Below, piece after piece: positions 47,099-57,146 of a stretch of 64,000 nt of DNA. Positions within the stretch are counted from its first letter, which is position 1. Every line of letters starts with the position of its first letter. The translations under genes were made by a program, and so were the position numbers. This stretch comes from Akkermansia muciniphila (lineage in GTDB: Bacteria; Verrucomicrobiota; Verrucomicrobiia; Verrucomicrobiales; V1-33): assembly GCA_945900785.1 (NCBI GenBank), contig CAMDJM010000015.1, positions 9,041 through 73,040 on the forward strand, given 5' to 3'. Under the pieces are notes generated by a model that was not told the origin of the DNA, did not search any database, and saw only the letters and a list, made by a program, of their open reading frames with translations.

Positions 47099-48015
47099 GA
47101 TTTCTCCCCCCGGAAAAAAGCCAGAGTCGCTGCCAGTCCCTCTTCCAGATTGCTCGCCGGCTGGAATCCCGTTGCCATCAGCGCATCCACTGCGGCCCGG
47201 GAATGCTTCACATCCCCTGCCCGCTCCGGCAAATAACGGATTTCCGACTTCGATCCGGCCAAAGCGACAATCTTCTCCGCCAGATCCTTCACGGTCATTG
47301 TCCCGCCGTAGCCGGCATTCCGCACCCCTGTCAATTCCGGAGTCAGGGTCACATGGCGGATCGCCGCCACGATGTCCTTCACATAGATAAAATCACGGGT
47401 CTGCAGGCCATCCCCGTAGATCGTAATCGGCTCGCCCTTGAGCGCTTTTTCAATAAAAATCGGCACCGCTGCCGCATACGCCCCACGCGGATCCTGCCGC
47501 GGCCCAAACACATTGAAAAACCGCAGCGCCGCCGTCGGCACCTTGCCCCCGTCATGGAAAAACCGGCACCAAAACTCTCCCTGCAGCTTCGTGATGGCGT
47601 AGGGACTCTTCGGTTCCGGCAGCATCGCCTCCGTCTTGGGCACCACGGGATTGTCCCCATATACCGCTGCCGAACTGGCAAAAAACACCTTCTTCACCCC
47701 CGCCCGCGCCGCTGCCTCCAGCACCTTCACCACACCGATTCCATTCAGTTCCTCACACCTCAGCGGATCATGCACCGACAACGGCACGCTGACCATCGCT
47801 GCCAGATGGAACACATAATGCACTCCCACCATCGCCCCTTCCAGCGCCACCTCATCCAGGATACAACCCCGGCGCAAATCCACCTCCAGCCCCGCCAGAT
47901 TCCGCGCGTGCCCGGTCGCCATATTATCCAACACCCGCACCTCCGCTCCGCCCTGGAAAGACTCCGCAAGGTGACTCCCAATAAATCCCGCTCCACCAGT
48001 AATTAAAATACGCAT
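47095..48015 (-). CDS. NAD-dependent nucleotide-sugar epimerase/dehydratase (GalE/WbpP-like)
   Basis: ILITGGAGFIGSH, ASSAAVYG, YAITK (YxxxK), RFFNVFGPRQ, TRDFIYV. Confidence 0.92.
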   Translation of the reverse strand: MRILITGGAGFIGSHLAESFQGGAEVRVLDNMATGHARNLAGLEVDLRRGCILDEVALEGAMVGVHYVFHLAAMVSVPLSVHDPLRCEELNGIGVVKVLEAAARAGVKKVFFASSAAVYGDNPVVPKTEAMLPEPKSPYAITKLQGEFWCRFFHDGGKVPTAALRFFNVFGPRQDPRGAYAAAVPIFIEKALKGEPITIYGDGLQTRDFIYVKDIVAAIRHVTLTPELTGVRNAGYGGTMTVKDLAEKIVALAGSKSEIRYLPERAGDVKHSRAAVDALMATGFQPASNLEEGLAATLAFFRGEKS

Positions 48016-48121
48016 AACACCCAACTCTTCCCTCAATCCCCCATCCCCGCCAAGCGCCTATTTTTCCATCCCAGCGTCCAAACCCAACGGTCCCCCACAG
48101 GCGCTCCCCGCCGCAAAAAAC

Positions 48122-48652
48122 CTATAACAACCCGCGCCGCTTGAAGTCAAACAGATTGATCTTTTGGGACTTCTGGATCATTTCGAGGGTGAACTTGAGG
48201 AGGCAGATTTCCCAAGTGTCATCCACGCCGACCACCACGGCGGTGAGTGGGTTATTGGAAGCGTGCACTTCCGCGAGGACGCGTTCGGTGACGATAGGCA
48301 GGGAGTCGTGCACGAGGGACTCGGTGACATCGCTCTTTTTGAAGGAAAAGCCGTATTGCAGAAAAGCGGCATTGGCTTGGCCCATGCGCTCCTTCATCCA
48401 CTGGGCAAAGGCGGAAGCGCCCTCGCCAAAACCTTCAAATTCCAGCTCGGAGTAGGGCTCCGGCTTGAGAATGGTGGGGCGCTGGGCGTGGATCTGCCCG
48501 CTGCGGACGCGGACCTGCTGGACATCGTCCATCAACTCGCTGATCAGGTGGAACTGGAAGCTGGTGGTGCCAAACGTGTCAATGCGCCGGTCTGGCTCAT
48601 GAAGCACCTGGGTGGTTTCCAGCGCGTATTGGATGCTGTCCTCGGAATACAT
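48122..48652 (-). CDS. conserved hypothetical protein
   Basis: MYSEDSIQYALETTQVLHEPDRRIDTFGTT...GVDDTWEICLLKF; globular composition; start reassigned to 48652. Confidence 0.75.
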   Translation of the reverse strand: MYSEDSIQYALETTQVLHEPDRRIDTFGTTSFQFHLISELMDDVQQVRVRSGQIHAQRPTILKPEPYSELEFEGFGEGASAFAQWMKERMGQANAAFLQYGFSFKKSDVTESLVHDSLPIVTERVLAEVHASNNPLTAVVVGVDDTWEICLLKFTLEMIQKSQKINLFDFKRRGLL

Positions 48653-48787
48653 TTCTTGGCTGACGCTATGGCGGAAATGCCCCTGGGTCCAATGGAATCC
48701 TGAAAATATGGAAAACTTGCCTGCGACCGCGTGTTGTATGATCATGCCTCCCGCACGGAGCGGGGGTGTCCTGCCGGAAATTCCTCC

Positions 48788-50188
48788 ATGAGCTGCCATC
48801 ACATTCATTTCACCCGCACCCGCCGAGAGTTTTTGCGGCAGGCCGGCGCGGGCTTTGGCGCGTTGGCCCTGACGCAATTGCTCGCCATGGAAACGGCAGC
48901 GGCGGCTCCCCTGCCCCACCGCCAGCCCCGGGCCCGCAGCGTCATTTTTCTCTTCATGGAAGGAGGGCCCAGCCACATCGATCTCTTCGATCCGAAGCCG
49001 GAACTGAACCGTCTTGCGGGCCAAAAGATCCCGGATAGTTTCCGCCGCGTCATTACCGCCATGGGGGAGTTCAGCAGCCCGCTGCTGGGCAGCCGCCGCA
49101 CTTTCAAACAACACGGTCAAAGTGGCCTGTGGGTGAGCGATTGGCTGCCCCGCCTGGCGGAATGTGTGGACGATCTGGCGGTGATCCGCTCCTGCTGGGC
49201 GGATGGCATCAACCACTCCTCCGGGGTCTGCCAGATGAATACCGGCAGCACCCTCGCGGGACGCCCCTCCCTGGGTTCATGGGTCAGTTATGGCCTGGGC
49301 ACGGAGAATGCGGAATTGCCCGCCTTCGTGGTCCTGCAGGACAATCCCTCGCCGGTGATCAATGGCCCGCGGAACTGGGGCGCGGGCTTCATGCCCGCAG
49401 TGCACCAGGGGGTGCGCCTGACGTCCGGTCCCGAGCCCATCCTCAACTTGAATCCCGTGGCCGGCCTGAGTGAGGCCCGCCAGGAAAACCGCCTCGCTTT
49501 TCTCAACCGCCTGAACCGCAGCTACGCGGACGCCCATCCGGAGCAATCAGAGCTGGAAGCCCGCATCGCCTCCTACGAACTCGCCTTCCGCATGCAGGCC
49601 ACCGCCCCCGGCGCGGTGGATCTCAGTCAGGAAAGCGGGGCCACCAAAAAGCTCTACGGCATGGATGAAAAGAGCACCGAAACTTTTGGCAGGATGTGCC
49701 TGCACGCCCGCCGCCTCGTGGAGCGCGGCACCCGCTTTGTCCAGCTCTACAGCGGAGCTGGCAGCAAGTGGGATGCGCATGCCAAAATCGAGGAAAACCA
49801 TGGCGGATTGTGCCGCAGCATCGACCAGCCCATCGCCGGGCTGCTGAAGGATCTGAAATCGCGCGGGCTGCTCGATTCCACCCTCGTGGTCTGGGGCGGG
49901 GAATTCGGCCGCACCCCCCAGAGCGAAAAAGGCGATGGCCGCGACCACAATCCCACCGGCTTCACCATGTGGATGGCGGGCGGCGGGGTGAAAGGCGGAC
50001 AAACCATCGGCAGCACTGACGAACTGGGCCTGCACGCCGTGGACCAGCGGCTGCACATCCACGATCTCCATGCCACCATCCTCGAAGCTCTGGGCCTGGA
50101 CAACATGGATCTCATCTACAAACACAAAGGCCGCCCCGAACGGCCGACCCTGAATGAGGGCTCCGCCTATCAGGCTTTATTTGCCTAG
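48788..50188 (+). CDS. DUF1501 family protein
   Basis: TRREFL Tat motif, FMEGGPSHIDLFDPKP, RRLVERGTRFVQ, WDAH, GEFGRTP, GRDH. Confidence 0.93.
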   Translation: MSCHHIHFTRTRREFLRQAGAGFGALALTQLLAMETAAAAPLPHRQPRARSVIFLFMEGGPSHIDLFDPKPELNRLAGQKIPDSFRRVITAMGEFSSPLLGSRRTFKQHGQSGLWVSDWLPRLAECVDDLAVIRSCWADGINHSSGVCQMNTGSTLAGRPSLGSWVSYGLGTENAELPAFVVLQDNPSPVINGPRNWGAGFMPAVHQGVRLTSGPEPILNLNPVAGLSEARQENRLAFLNRLNRSYADAHPEQSELEARIASYELAFRMQATAPGAVDLSQESGATKKLYGMDEKSTETFGRMCLHARRLVERGTRFVQLYSGAGSKWDAHAKIEENHGGLCRSIDQPIAGLLKDLKSRGLLDSTLVVWGGEFGRTPQSEKGDGRDHNPTGFTMWMAGGGVKGGQTIGSTDELGLHAVDQRLHIHDLHATILEALGLDNMDLIYKHKGRPERPTLNEGSAYQALFA

Positions 50189-50270
50189 CGGACTTTAGCA
50201 CGCCCTGAGGGGCGCAGCCCCAGGTTCAGCCAACGGATCAAAGCCGTCGCGGCTGCGCCAGGGTTTGCGG

Positions 50271-53200
50271 TCAGCGGGTGAAGCGGATGCGGAGGAAATG
50301 GCGGCCCTCGGTGAGGGTGGAGGCGGGGTCGATGATGGTGAGCGGCACGCGGCCAGCGGTGGCGGGGCCGGTGCTGACGGTGGCAGGGCCGCTCCAGGAG
50401 CCATTGCCGCTGCGGCTGGCAAGGAGACTCCAGTCAGGAGTGGGGCCCGGATCGCGGCTGATTTCCGCAATATAAGTCACGTCAGGGGGGCAGAACGAAG
50501 GGAGGGTGAGGCTGCCTTCGAGGTGGTTGTCATTGATGACAGCGGTGATGGTGCCGATGAGCCCATCCGGCGTAACCGGCACCATGCCGAGGGCATACTC
50601 GGCCAGATTGGTGAAACCATCAGCATCAGAATCCTCCGCAGGCACCGCGCTCAGTCCATAGGCAGTCAGCCAGGTCGGGAAGTCATTCACGGCATTGAGC
50701 CCGGCGGGGGTGCCGCCACTGGCGGTGGAGGCCTGCCAGAGGGATTTTTCATCCCAGAGCTTCCGGCTGGCGGCTCCGGCAGGGGCGTTCAGTGTTTCCA
50801 GTGAGGAGCCGGGGCCATTCGCCTGATTGAACCAGATGGGTTGATAGCTGAAACGCTGGATCGCAGCGGTCCAGGGGGCCGGGAGGCTGAGGGTGAGAGG
50901 CTCGCCGCTGTTATCCAGCTTGCCCGTGAATACCCCGGCAACCACCGGCGCAGCTCCATAAACGGAACGGAAGGCACTGAGGCTTTTCACCACCAAAACA
51001 TAAGCTCCGGGAGCCAGGGTGAGGGCGGGGAAGGTGAAGTCGATTCCCTCCGTGAAACGGATGCCGGTGAGGTCGAGTGTTTTGCCGGGGCTGAGGTTGC
51101 GCAGCTCCACAAACTCGTAGTTGGCCCCGTTGGCAGGATCATACATGACCTCGGTGATACGGAGGAAATCCGTCAGGTCAATCATACGCTGGCGGACAGG
51201 ATCGGGATTGCCCGGGATGGTGGTGGTCACGGTGCTGTCCAGCTTGAGGGCAAAGGTGATATCGGAACTGGTAGCGTTGATTTGGTGGACTTCGGCAGCA
51301 AGCTGGTTGGTTCCGGCAACGAGCGCCCCGGCAGGAATGCTCAGCAGGATATCATTTTCTGCGGAAGCGTCCCCGATAGTCGCATCAGCCCGGACATTCC
51401 ATGCCAGAGGTGGAGCACCGGTGATATTTTTCCGGTCGAGAAGTTGCCCATTCAGATAGAGCAAATACCCATCGTCGATCCAACGGGAAACGCGCAGGGT
51501 GACCGCAGAGGGGGTGCCGGTGAAGGTGAAGGTTTTCCGGAAATAATAGGTGAGGCGCGCTGCCGCATAGTTTGCCAGATCAGTGCCGAAGAAGGGGGGC
51601 ACGCCGGTCGCGGGATTGGTGACTGCGGCCAGACCGGTATCCCGTCCCAGCGGACCGGCCCCGTTGAACCAGCCGGTTTCGTCGTAGTTCAATGCCGTCC
51701 AACTGCGGCCGTTGCTGTCGTTGGCGGGAAGGGCATTGAGATTGTCCCGGAAAGCCCAGCTGTCCCCGAAGGCGACGCGGTTGGTATTGATGGTGGTGGT
51801 AACCGGAGGCAGACCGTTGACATTCGTCAGGCCGGGGCTGGGAAAATCGAGCGTCTGGACCAATGCCGAACCGTCAGGGAGGCGGCCTTCGCTGACATCT
51901 CCGGAGGCGGAGGTGACAGGAACGCGGTCAAGCACGGTGCCATCGGCAGCAGTGAGGGTGATCCAGTCGTAGAAGGAGCTGAGCTTGAAGGGAAGGTGAT
52001 TGGACTGGGACGAAGGCGCTTTGCCATCAGCGATGAGAACGGCAAATCCGGTGGCGGCGATGAAACTGAGCGGACGCAGGGTGGCAGCGGCAGGGACGTC
52101 CGGGGAATCCGTCAGGGAGAAACCTCCAATGGCAGCGGGGAGCGGGTCAGGATTGAAAAGTTCCACCTGGTCCTCCTGGTAACTGACCTGGCTGCTGGCG
52201 AGCCATTCGTTGATGACGATGTGGTCCGGGCAGGCGGTGGGTTGGTGGAGGTTGGCTGAGCCCAGGGTAGGCTGGTTGAGATCCCAGGTGTTGCCGGAGC
52301 CGGTGCGGCCGATGGAAAGATTGGCGAGCTGGAGGCCGAAGCTGATCTGATCGACCACGGCATTGTTTGCGTTGGTGAGAATGACGTTGTCGCCATCGCC
52401 ATCGAGAGAGAAGCCCAGATGCAGGCCGGGATTGCCGTCGGGGTTGTCGGCATTCAAGACGAGATAGCCGCCGGCCGCGATATTGGTGCCGGAGGGGAAT
52501 AAAAATTTGGCAGGATTCATCGGATCATCGGAAATCATCCAGCCGCTGATATCGACGGGCGCAGGGCCTGGATTGGCAAGCTCAATGGCGTCAGGATAGT
52601 CGATGCCGTTGACGTAGGCGGTGGTGTTGATGGCGAGCACCTCGCTGATCCTGACGGAGGGAATGAAGGCAGGATCGACCGTCCAGACGGCGACCGTGGG
52701 TGCGGCCTGATAGTATCCGGCGTCGGTTTTGCCCCGGACCTGGAGGGTGTGGGTGCCGGGGGTGAGACCGGTAAGGGTGATCGGAATGGTGCTGGCGGTA
52801 TCGGCGCTGAAGGCTCCGGCATCAAGCTTCCATTGGTAGGTGGTGTAACCATACGGGAAAGCAGGATAGGCGGTGGTGCCGGGCGGATTGAAGCTGCCGG
52901 ACGGGCCGACGGTGATAACCGCGGAGGAGAGAGCGGTGGTGCCGGTGGGAACGCCGCTGAGCTGGGCCCCCTGGAAGATCAGACCGCCTTTATCGCTGCC
53001 ACCTGGGCCGGTGCCAATGCCGGGGGAGCCCGGACAGAGGGCAAAGGCGGCGCGGGCCTGCTGCATGAGTAGTTGATAATCCGAAGCGCGCTCGACCTTG
53101 TCATAGGCGAGATCCGCAAAGCGTTCAAGGTGCAGGCCAGGCAGGCTGGTGACGAGGTTGCCGGTGCCGGGACCGGTCCAGGCGGCGGGAAGAATGTTGT

Positions 53201-56200
53201 TATTAAACGTCACCGAAAGCCGGGTGCCGTCGTAGTTGGCGGTCAGGGCGGCGCAATCGGAGATAATGTTATTTTCAATGAGGGCTCCGGCTCCCGCGCT
53301 GGCCGGAGGGAGGCCGGCGGCATCGTCCGAGAAGTTGAAAGCGGCGATGTCCACGCCGACGCTGCCGTAGGGGCTGGTGCCGGTGACACCGTGGATGGTG
53401 TTGTTGAGGAAGGTGAAGCGGTCGGCTTTGGTATTGGCCCCCCCATTGACGCCTTTGGCGAGGACGGCGTGATCGACATCGTAAAAAAGATTGCCATAGA
53501 TGGTCCACTCCGAGATATCGGCATTGTCAGTGCCGCCGGAGATGGCAGATCCAGTGTCCACAATATCGGCCCGGGCGGGGTCCTGATGGACGTGCATGAA
53601 GAGATTGCCACTGATGAAGGAATCGGTGCTGTCCAGATCGAGGCAGTCGTCGGTGGCAGCAGTGAAGATGTTATCGATGTATTGGGTGATCGGCCCTGGA
53701 CGGTTGCCGCCGGTGAAGTCGATGACGTCATTAAAGCCGAAAGTATGGCCGAAGAGGTTGCCTTTGTAGATGCCGTAACCACCGGCGGGGAGGCCATTGA
53801 CGCCGTGCAGCATTTCCGGCCGGCCGAAGCCGCCGGTGCCGTTGGCAGGCGGGTAGCCGGCGGGTTTGCTGTAGGTTTGAAAGAAGGAATTGGAAACAAT
53901 GAAGGAGCCGGCATCGGAGGAGAAGTATTGCGCATCGCTGTTGGTGAAGGTGCAGTGATCAATCAGAACTTTGGATCCGTTGTCGTGGAAGGTGGCGTGG
54001 TGGGAGCCGATGGTTTTTCCGCCGCCGTATTCGAGATCACACCAGACAAGGCGGGTTTCGTTGCTGGCCGCCAGCACGCTGATCGCCCCGTAGGCATCGG
54101 TAGTGCCGGGCCTCCGGGTGAAGCGGATGTGGGAAAATTCCGTGCCCTCCGCGACAAGCCGGCCGGTGCCGCTCACCGTGAAGCCGGCGGCTGGGCCCAT
54201 GTAGACGGTGGCTCCGGCCTGGATGGTCAGGGTGACTCCATTGCCGATGGGCATGTCGCCGTTGAGTTGATAGGGACCACCGGCAGCGGACCAGGTGGTG
54301 CTGGCAGCGGGGGTGCCACTTTTCGCCACTGGGGCGACGTCCCGCCAGATGTCGAGGGAGGCAAAACGCAGGTGGACTCCGTTGGCGTCTTTTTCCTCAA
54401 TGGTGATGCGGTTGATGCCTGGAAAAAGATTCACGGAAGGCAGCGAGTAGGTGGCGGCGCGGCGGTCCAGGGTGGCGGCGATGCCATTGACGAGGACCGT
54501 GGCGGCCTGGGCAGCATCAAAAGTGCCGGTGATCGGACCGGCCGCAGCGGCAGTGGTGCTCTCATAGCCGCTGGTCACGGCAAGGCCGGCGCTGGCAGTG
54601 AGGACAGGGGAGATTTTTCCGAGAATGTCGGCGCGGCGGGCATCGGCAAAGGCGATGATCTGACTGCGGATGGGGGCTATTTCGGATTCCAGCCAGCCGC
54701 TGCGGGACAGCTCCCGGATAACCAAATCATCGAAGGGGGCTTTGGCGAAGGGGCCGTCCACGAGCAGACTGCGGAAGTTTTGATAGTATTCCTGGAGCAC
54801 GGCAGGCTGCGCAAAGAGTGGAGCCATTTTGTCGAAGCTGTCGCCACCGCGCCCAGCGGCGATGATGTCGAAAAGCGTATAGGGAAGTGCCGTAACAGGA
54901 ATGGCGGAGGTATCGCCGAGGCCGAGGATGGTATCGAGGTCATGGGTGAGAACCTTCATTTTCCCGGCGGGGGTGCGATACATGGAGTAGTCGTCGTCGC
55001 GGCCGTTGAAGATTTTGGTTTCGCCGTCCGTGAGGAAGGTTTCGACGGCGAGGGCACGGAGGAATTGGGGGAGATCCAGAACCGCACTGACGTTGGCCAG
55101 GTAATCCGGGCCGGGCGCGGCGGCGTTGTCCGTCATCACGCTGGTGAAGCGGTGGAGGTCGCTGTAGTCCAGCAGGGAGGTGTTATTCTGCTTTTCCCAG
55201 CCCTGACTGATGTAGTGCGCGGGATAACCGGACGCGGCTCCGGGGGCGGGGACCCATTCCAGGAGATTGCTGTTGCCGCGCTTGGCGTAAAGGTTGCCGC
55301 CGGGCTCGTGGGGGAAGTGGTGTTTCAGATAGTCGCGGTTGATTGGCTCCACGCTGGCATAGAGGCCAAGGTGGGCGGAGTAGCCGGAGCCGGCATTGGT
55401 GACGGGATCGATGTAGCCGGCGGCGGCGCGGTTTTGGCTATTGAAGCGGACGGCCACGGGCTGGGCGTCGGAGGAATTGATGCCGGCGGCCTGGGCGAGG
55501 CGGGCTCCGATGAACTGCAGGAAGGTGTAGCGGCCATTGATATTGACGCCGCTGTTGTTTTGCCAGAGTTCACCAATGAGGAAGTCCACGCGGACACTGC
55601 GGGGATGGCTGCCACGGCTGCCGTTGCCGCGGATGCGGGTGGTGCATTGCTGGCGCACTTCGGTAGCACCCTGGATGCTGGTGACGAAGGTGCAGAGGTA
55701 TCGCTGGGCGGTGCGGTTATTGAAGGAATAGGATTCGTGGTCCAGGGCATCCAGTTCCGGGGCCGTCATGATCAGACGGTAAAGCGGAGCGGTGCCGGTG
55801 TAGGCTTCGTCATCAACCTGGTAGAGAGCATTGTCCAAATGTTCTGTGCCCGCGTCATCGCTGGGCGCGGGCCAAGTGCGGGTGTGGGAGGTGGCGTCGG
55901 TGGCTTGGATGTAGTATTCCACCACGGACCGGTTGGCCTGCGCAGGAAGGTTGGCCGTGAATAGGCTGTCACCGGCGGTTTCGTCGCCGTTCAGCCCATC
56001 ATCGTGCATGGTGAGGGTGGAAAAGGCGGGTGGCGTCATGAAAGAGACCCGCCATTTCAAAAGAACCGTGAGGCCAGCGAGGTTTTCGTCCGTGACCTCC
56101 GCGCTGACAGTGACCAATTGGGCGGGCGTGGGAACGGCGGGGCGGTGCTGGATTTTACGGATAAAAGGCGCGGTATCGTTGGTGAAGGTGCTGTTCGCCG

Positions 56201-56819
56201 CGCCGGGGGTGCCGCCGTCCGGGAGACTGACGGGCCAGTTTTGACCGGTCCTGTGGGAACGGTCAGGGTTGCTCAGTTCAAGGGATTTCCCACCGCCATC
56301 AGCCTCACTTTGCCAGATCCAGCCGTAGGGGTAGCCATTGGGATCCAGGGTGGCCACGTTGCGGTGTTTGGCCCAGTCGCCTTCGGTTTCGTAGTGGACG
56401 GAATCGATGGCTTGGAGCGTTGGGTCGAGAAGTTCGAGGGTGTCATCGATATTGCTGAGATCGCCCATCCAGGGGCCGAGCGCGGTGCGGCCAGGATGCG
56501 CTGCGGCAAACGCGGCCGGGGAGGCGCTGACAACGAGGTATCCTCCAGCAGGAATGGTGGCTCCGTCAGGAAATGTATAGCTGATGCCATTGGCCAGGGT
56601 CCAGCCGGTGAGGACGGCGGGGGCGGGGTCCGGGTTGTGGAGTTCGATCCACTCCTGGGAGGTGTCCTCGGGGCCGGTCGGATTCAGGGTGCCCCCTTCC
56701 TGGGGAGGGTGATAGTAGATTTCGTTGAGATAAGGCGCGGAGGAGGCAGTTCCGGTGAGCAGGGCGGCAAAACCAAGACAAAGGGCCAGATGCGGCAAGG
56801 AGCGGGGAGTGGGGGACAT
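50271..56819 (-). CDS. giant secreted lamin-tail-domain / CotH kinase / beta-helix protein
   Basis: Signal peptide; LTD-like LNEIYYHP, ISEVLA, INEWLA, ITEVMYDP each with E[WF]IEL.N-like motif; CotH-like RIRGNGSR...DLD; parallel beta-helix (DVIDF, DDCLDLD); DSDADGFTNLAEYALG C-terminal module. Confidence 0.85.
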   Translation of the reverse strand: MSPTPRSLPHLALCLGFAALLTGTASSAPYLNEIYYHPPQEGGTLNPTGPEDTSQEWIELHNPDPAPAVLTGWTLANGISYTFPDGATIPAGGYLVVSASPAAFAAAHPGRTALGPWMGDLSNIDDTLELLDPTLQAIDSVHYETEGDWAKHRNVATLDPNGYPYGWIWQSEADGGGKSLELSNPDRSHRTGQNWPVSLPDGGTPGAANSTFTNDTAPFIRKIQHRPAVPTPAQLVTVSAEVTDENLAGLTVLLKWRVSFMTPPAFSTLTMHDDGLNGDETAGDSLFTANLPAQANRSVVEYYIQATDATSHTRTWPAPSDDAGTEHLDNALYQVDDEAYTGTAPLYRLIMTAPELDALDHESYSFNNRTAQRYLCTFVTSIQGATEVRQQCTTRIRGNGSRGSHPRSVRVDFLIGELWQNNSGVNINGRYTFLQFIGARLAQAAGINSSDAQPVAVRFNSQNRAAAGYIDPVTNAGSGYSAHLGLYASVEPINRDYLKHHFPHEPGGNLYAKRGNSNLLEWVPAPGAASGYPAHYISQGWEKQNNTSLLDYSDLHRFTSVMTDNAAAPGPDYLANVSAVLDLPQFLRALAVETFLTDGETKIFNGRDDDYSMYRTPAGKMKVLTHDLDTILGLGDTSAIPVTALPYTLFDIIAAGRGGDSFDKMAPLFAQPAVLQEYYQNFRSLLVDGPFAKAPFDDLVIRELSRSGWLESEIAPIRSQIIAFADARRADILGKISPVLTASAGLAVTSGYESTTAAAAGPITGTFDAAQAATVLVNGIAATLDRRAATYSLPSVNLFPGINRITIEEKDANGVHLRFASLDIWRDVAPVAKSGTPAASTTWSAAGGPYQLNGDMPIGNGVTLTIQAGATVYMGPAAGFTVSGTGRLVAEGTEFSHIRFTRRPGTTDAYGAISVLAASNETRLVWCDLEYGGGKTIGSHHATFHDNGSKVLIDHCTFTNSDAQYFSSDAGSFIVSNSFFQTYSKPAGYPPANGTGGFGRPEMLHGVNGLPAGGYGIYKGNLFGHTFGFNDVIDFTGGNRPGPITQYIDNIFTAATDDCLDLDSTDSFISGNLFMHVHQDPARADIVDTGSAISGGTDNADISEWTIYGNLFYDVDHAVLAKGVNGGANTKADRFTFLNNTIHGVTGTSPYGSVGVDIAAFNFSDDAAGLPPASAGAGALIENNIISDCAALTANYDGTRLSVTFNNNILPAAWTGPGTGNLVTSLPGLHLERFADLAYDKVERASDYQLLMQQARAAFALCPGSPGIGTGPGGSDKGGLIFQGAQLSGVPTGTTALSSAVITVGPSGSFNPPGTTAYPAFPYGYTTYQWKLDAGAFSADTASTIPITLTGLTPGTHTLQVRGKTDAGYYQAAPTVAVWTVDPAFIPSVRISEVLAINTTAYVNGIDYPDAIELANPGPAPVDISGWMISDDPMNPAKFLFPSGTNIAAGGYLVLNADNPDGNPGLHLGFSLDGDGDNVILTNANNAVVDQISFGLQLANLSIGRTGSGNTWDLNQPTLGSANLHQPTACPDHIVINEWLASSQVSYQEDQVELFNPDPLPAAIGGFSLTDSPDVPAAATLRPLSFIAATGFAVLIADGKAPSSQSNHLPFKLSSFYDWITLTAADGTVLDRVPVTSASGDVSEGRLPDGSALVQTLDFPSPGLTNVNGLPPVTTTINTNRVAFGDSWAFRDNLNALPANDSNGRSWTALNYDETGWFNGAGPLGRDTGLAAVTNPATGVPPFFGTDLANYAAARLTYYFRKTFTFTGTPSAVTLRVSRWIDDGYLLYLNGQLLDRKNITGAPPLAWNVRADATIGDASAENDILLSIPAGALVAGTNQLAAEVHQINATSSDITFALKLDSTVTTTIPGNPDPVRQRMIDLTDFLRITEVMYDPANGANYEFVELRNLSPGKTLDLTGIRFTEGIDFTFPALTLAPGAYVLVVKSLSAFRSVYGAAPVVAGVFTGKLDNSGEPLTLSLPAPWTAAIQRFSYQPIWFNQANGPGSSLETLNAPAGAASRKLWDEKSLWQASTASGGTPAGLNAVNDFPTWLTAYGLSAVPAEDSDADGFTNLAEYALGMVPVTPDGLIGTITAVINDNHLEGSLTLPSFCPPDVTYIAEISRDPGPTPDWSLLASRSGNGSWSGPATVSTGPATAGRVPLTIIDPASTLTEGRHFLRIRFTR

Positions 56820-57146
56820 GGCAGGAGACAAAGGGAACGGGATTCTGGCTAAGTTTCGGAAATCAATGGGGAAAGGTCAATGCCACTGGGGCTAGGGGAT
56901 CATCTGGTCTGCCCCGGAGAGATTCAGGTGGGAAGGCTGAAGCTGCGGAACCGCAGGAAACCGCCGCTACCTTATCAAAATGCGCTGCCATGGCCAGAAC
57001 CAAGCGATGACAAAGCCGTCATTCCGCTCCGGGCAAAAGCGTGGGCCCGGACGATCTCCGGCGCTTTTTATGCTGGGCTGACCCTCCCTTTCCGGTTTCA
57101 CAAAACGCTGGTTTTTCCGGTGCTGGCGTGCGTTGTTTTTCATTCC

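Noticed and set aside
48653-49216. N-terminal half of the 364-aa minus ORF
   Set aside because: Overlaps the DUF1501 gene in antisense; the real start is most likely 48652
53073-55964. 963-aa + strand ORF and similar long antisense ORFs (18447-20183, 61313-63109, 44341-45708)
   Set aside because: High-GC shadow frames opposite well-supported genes
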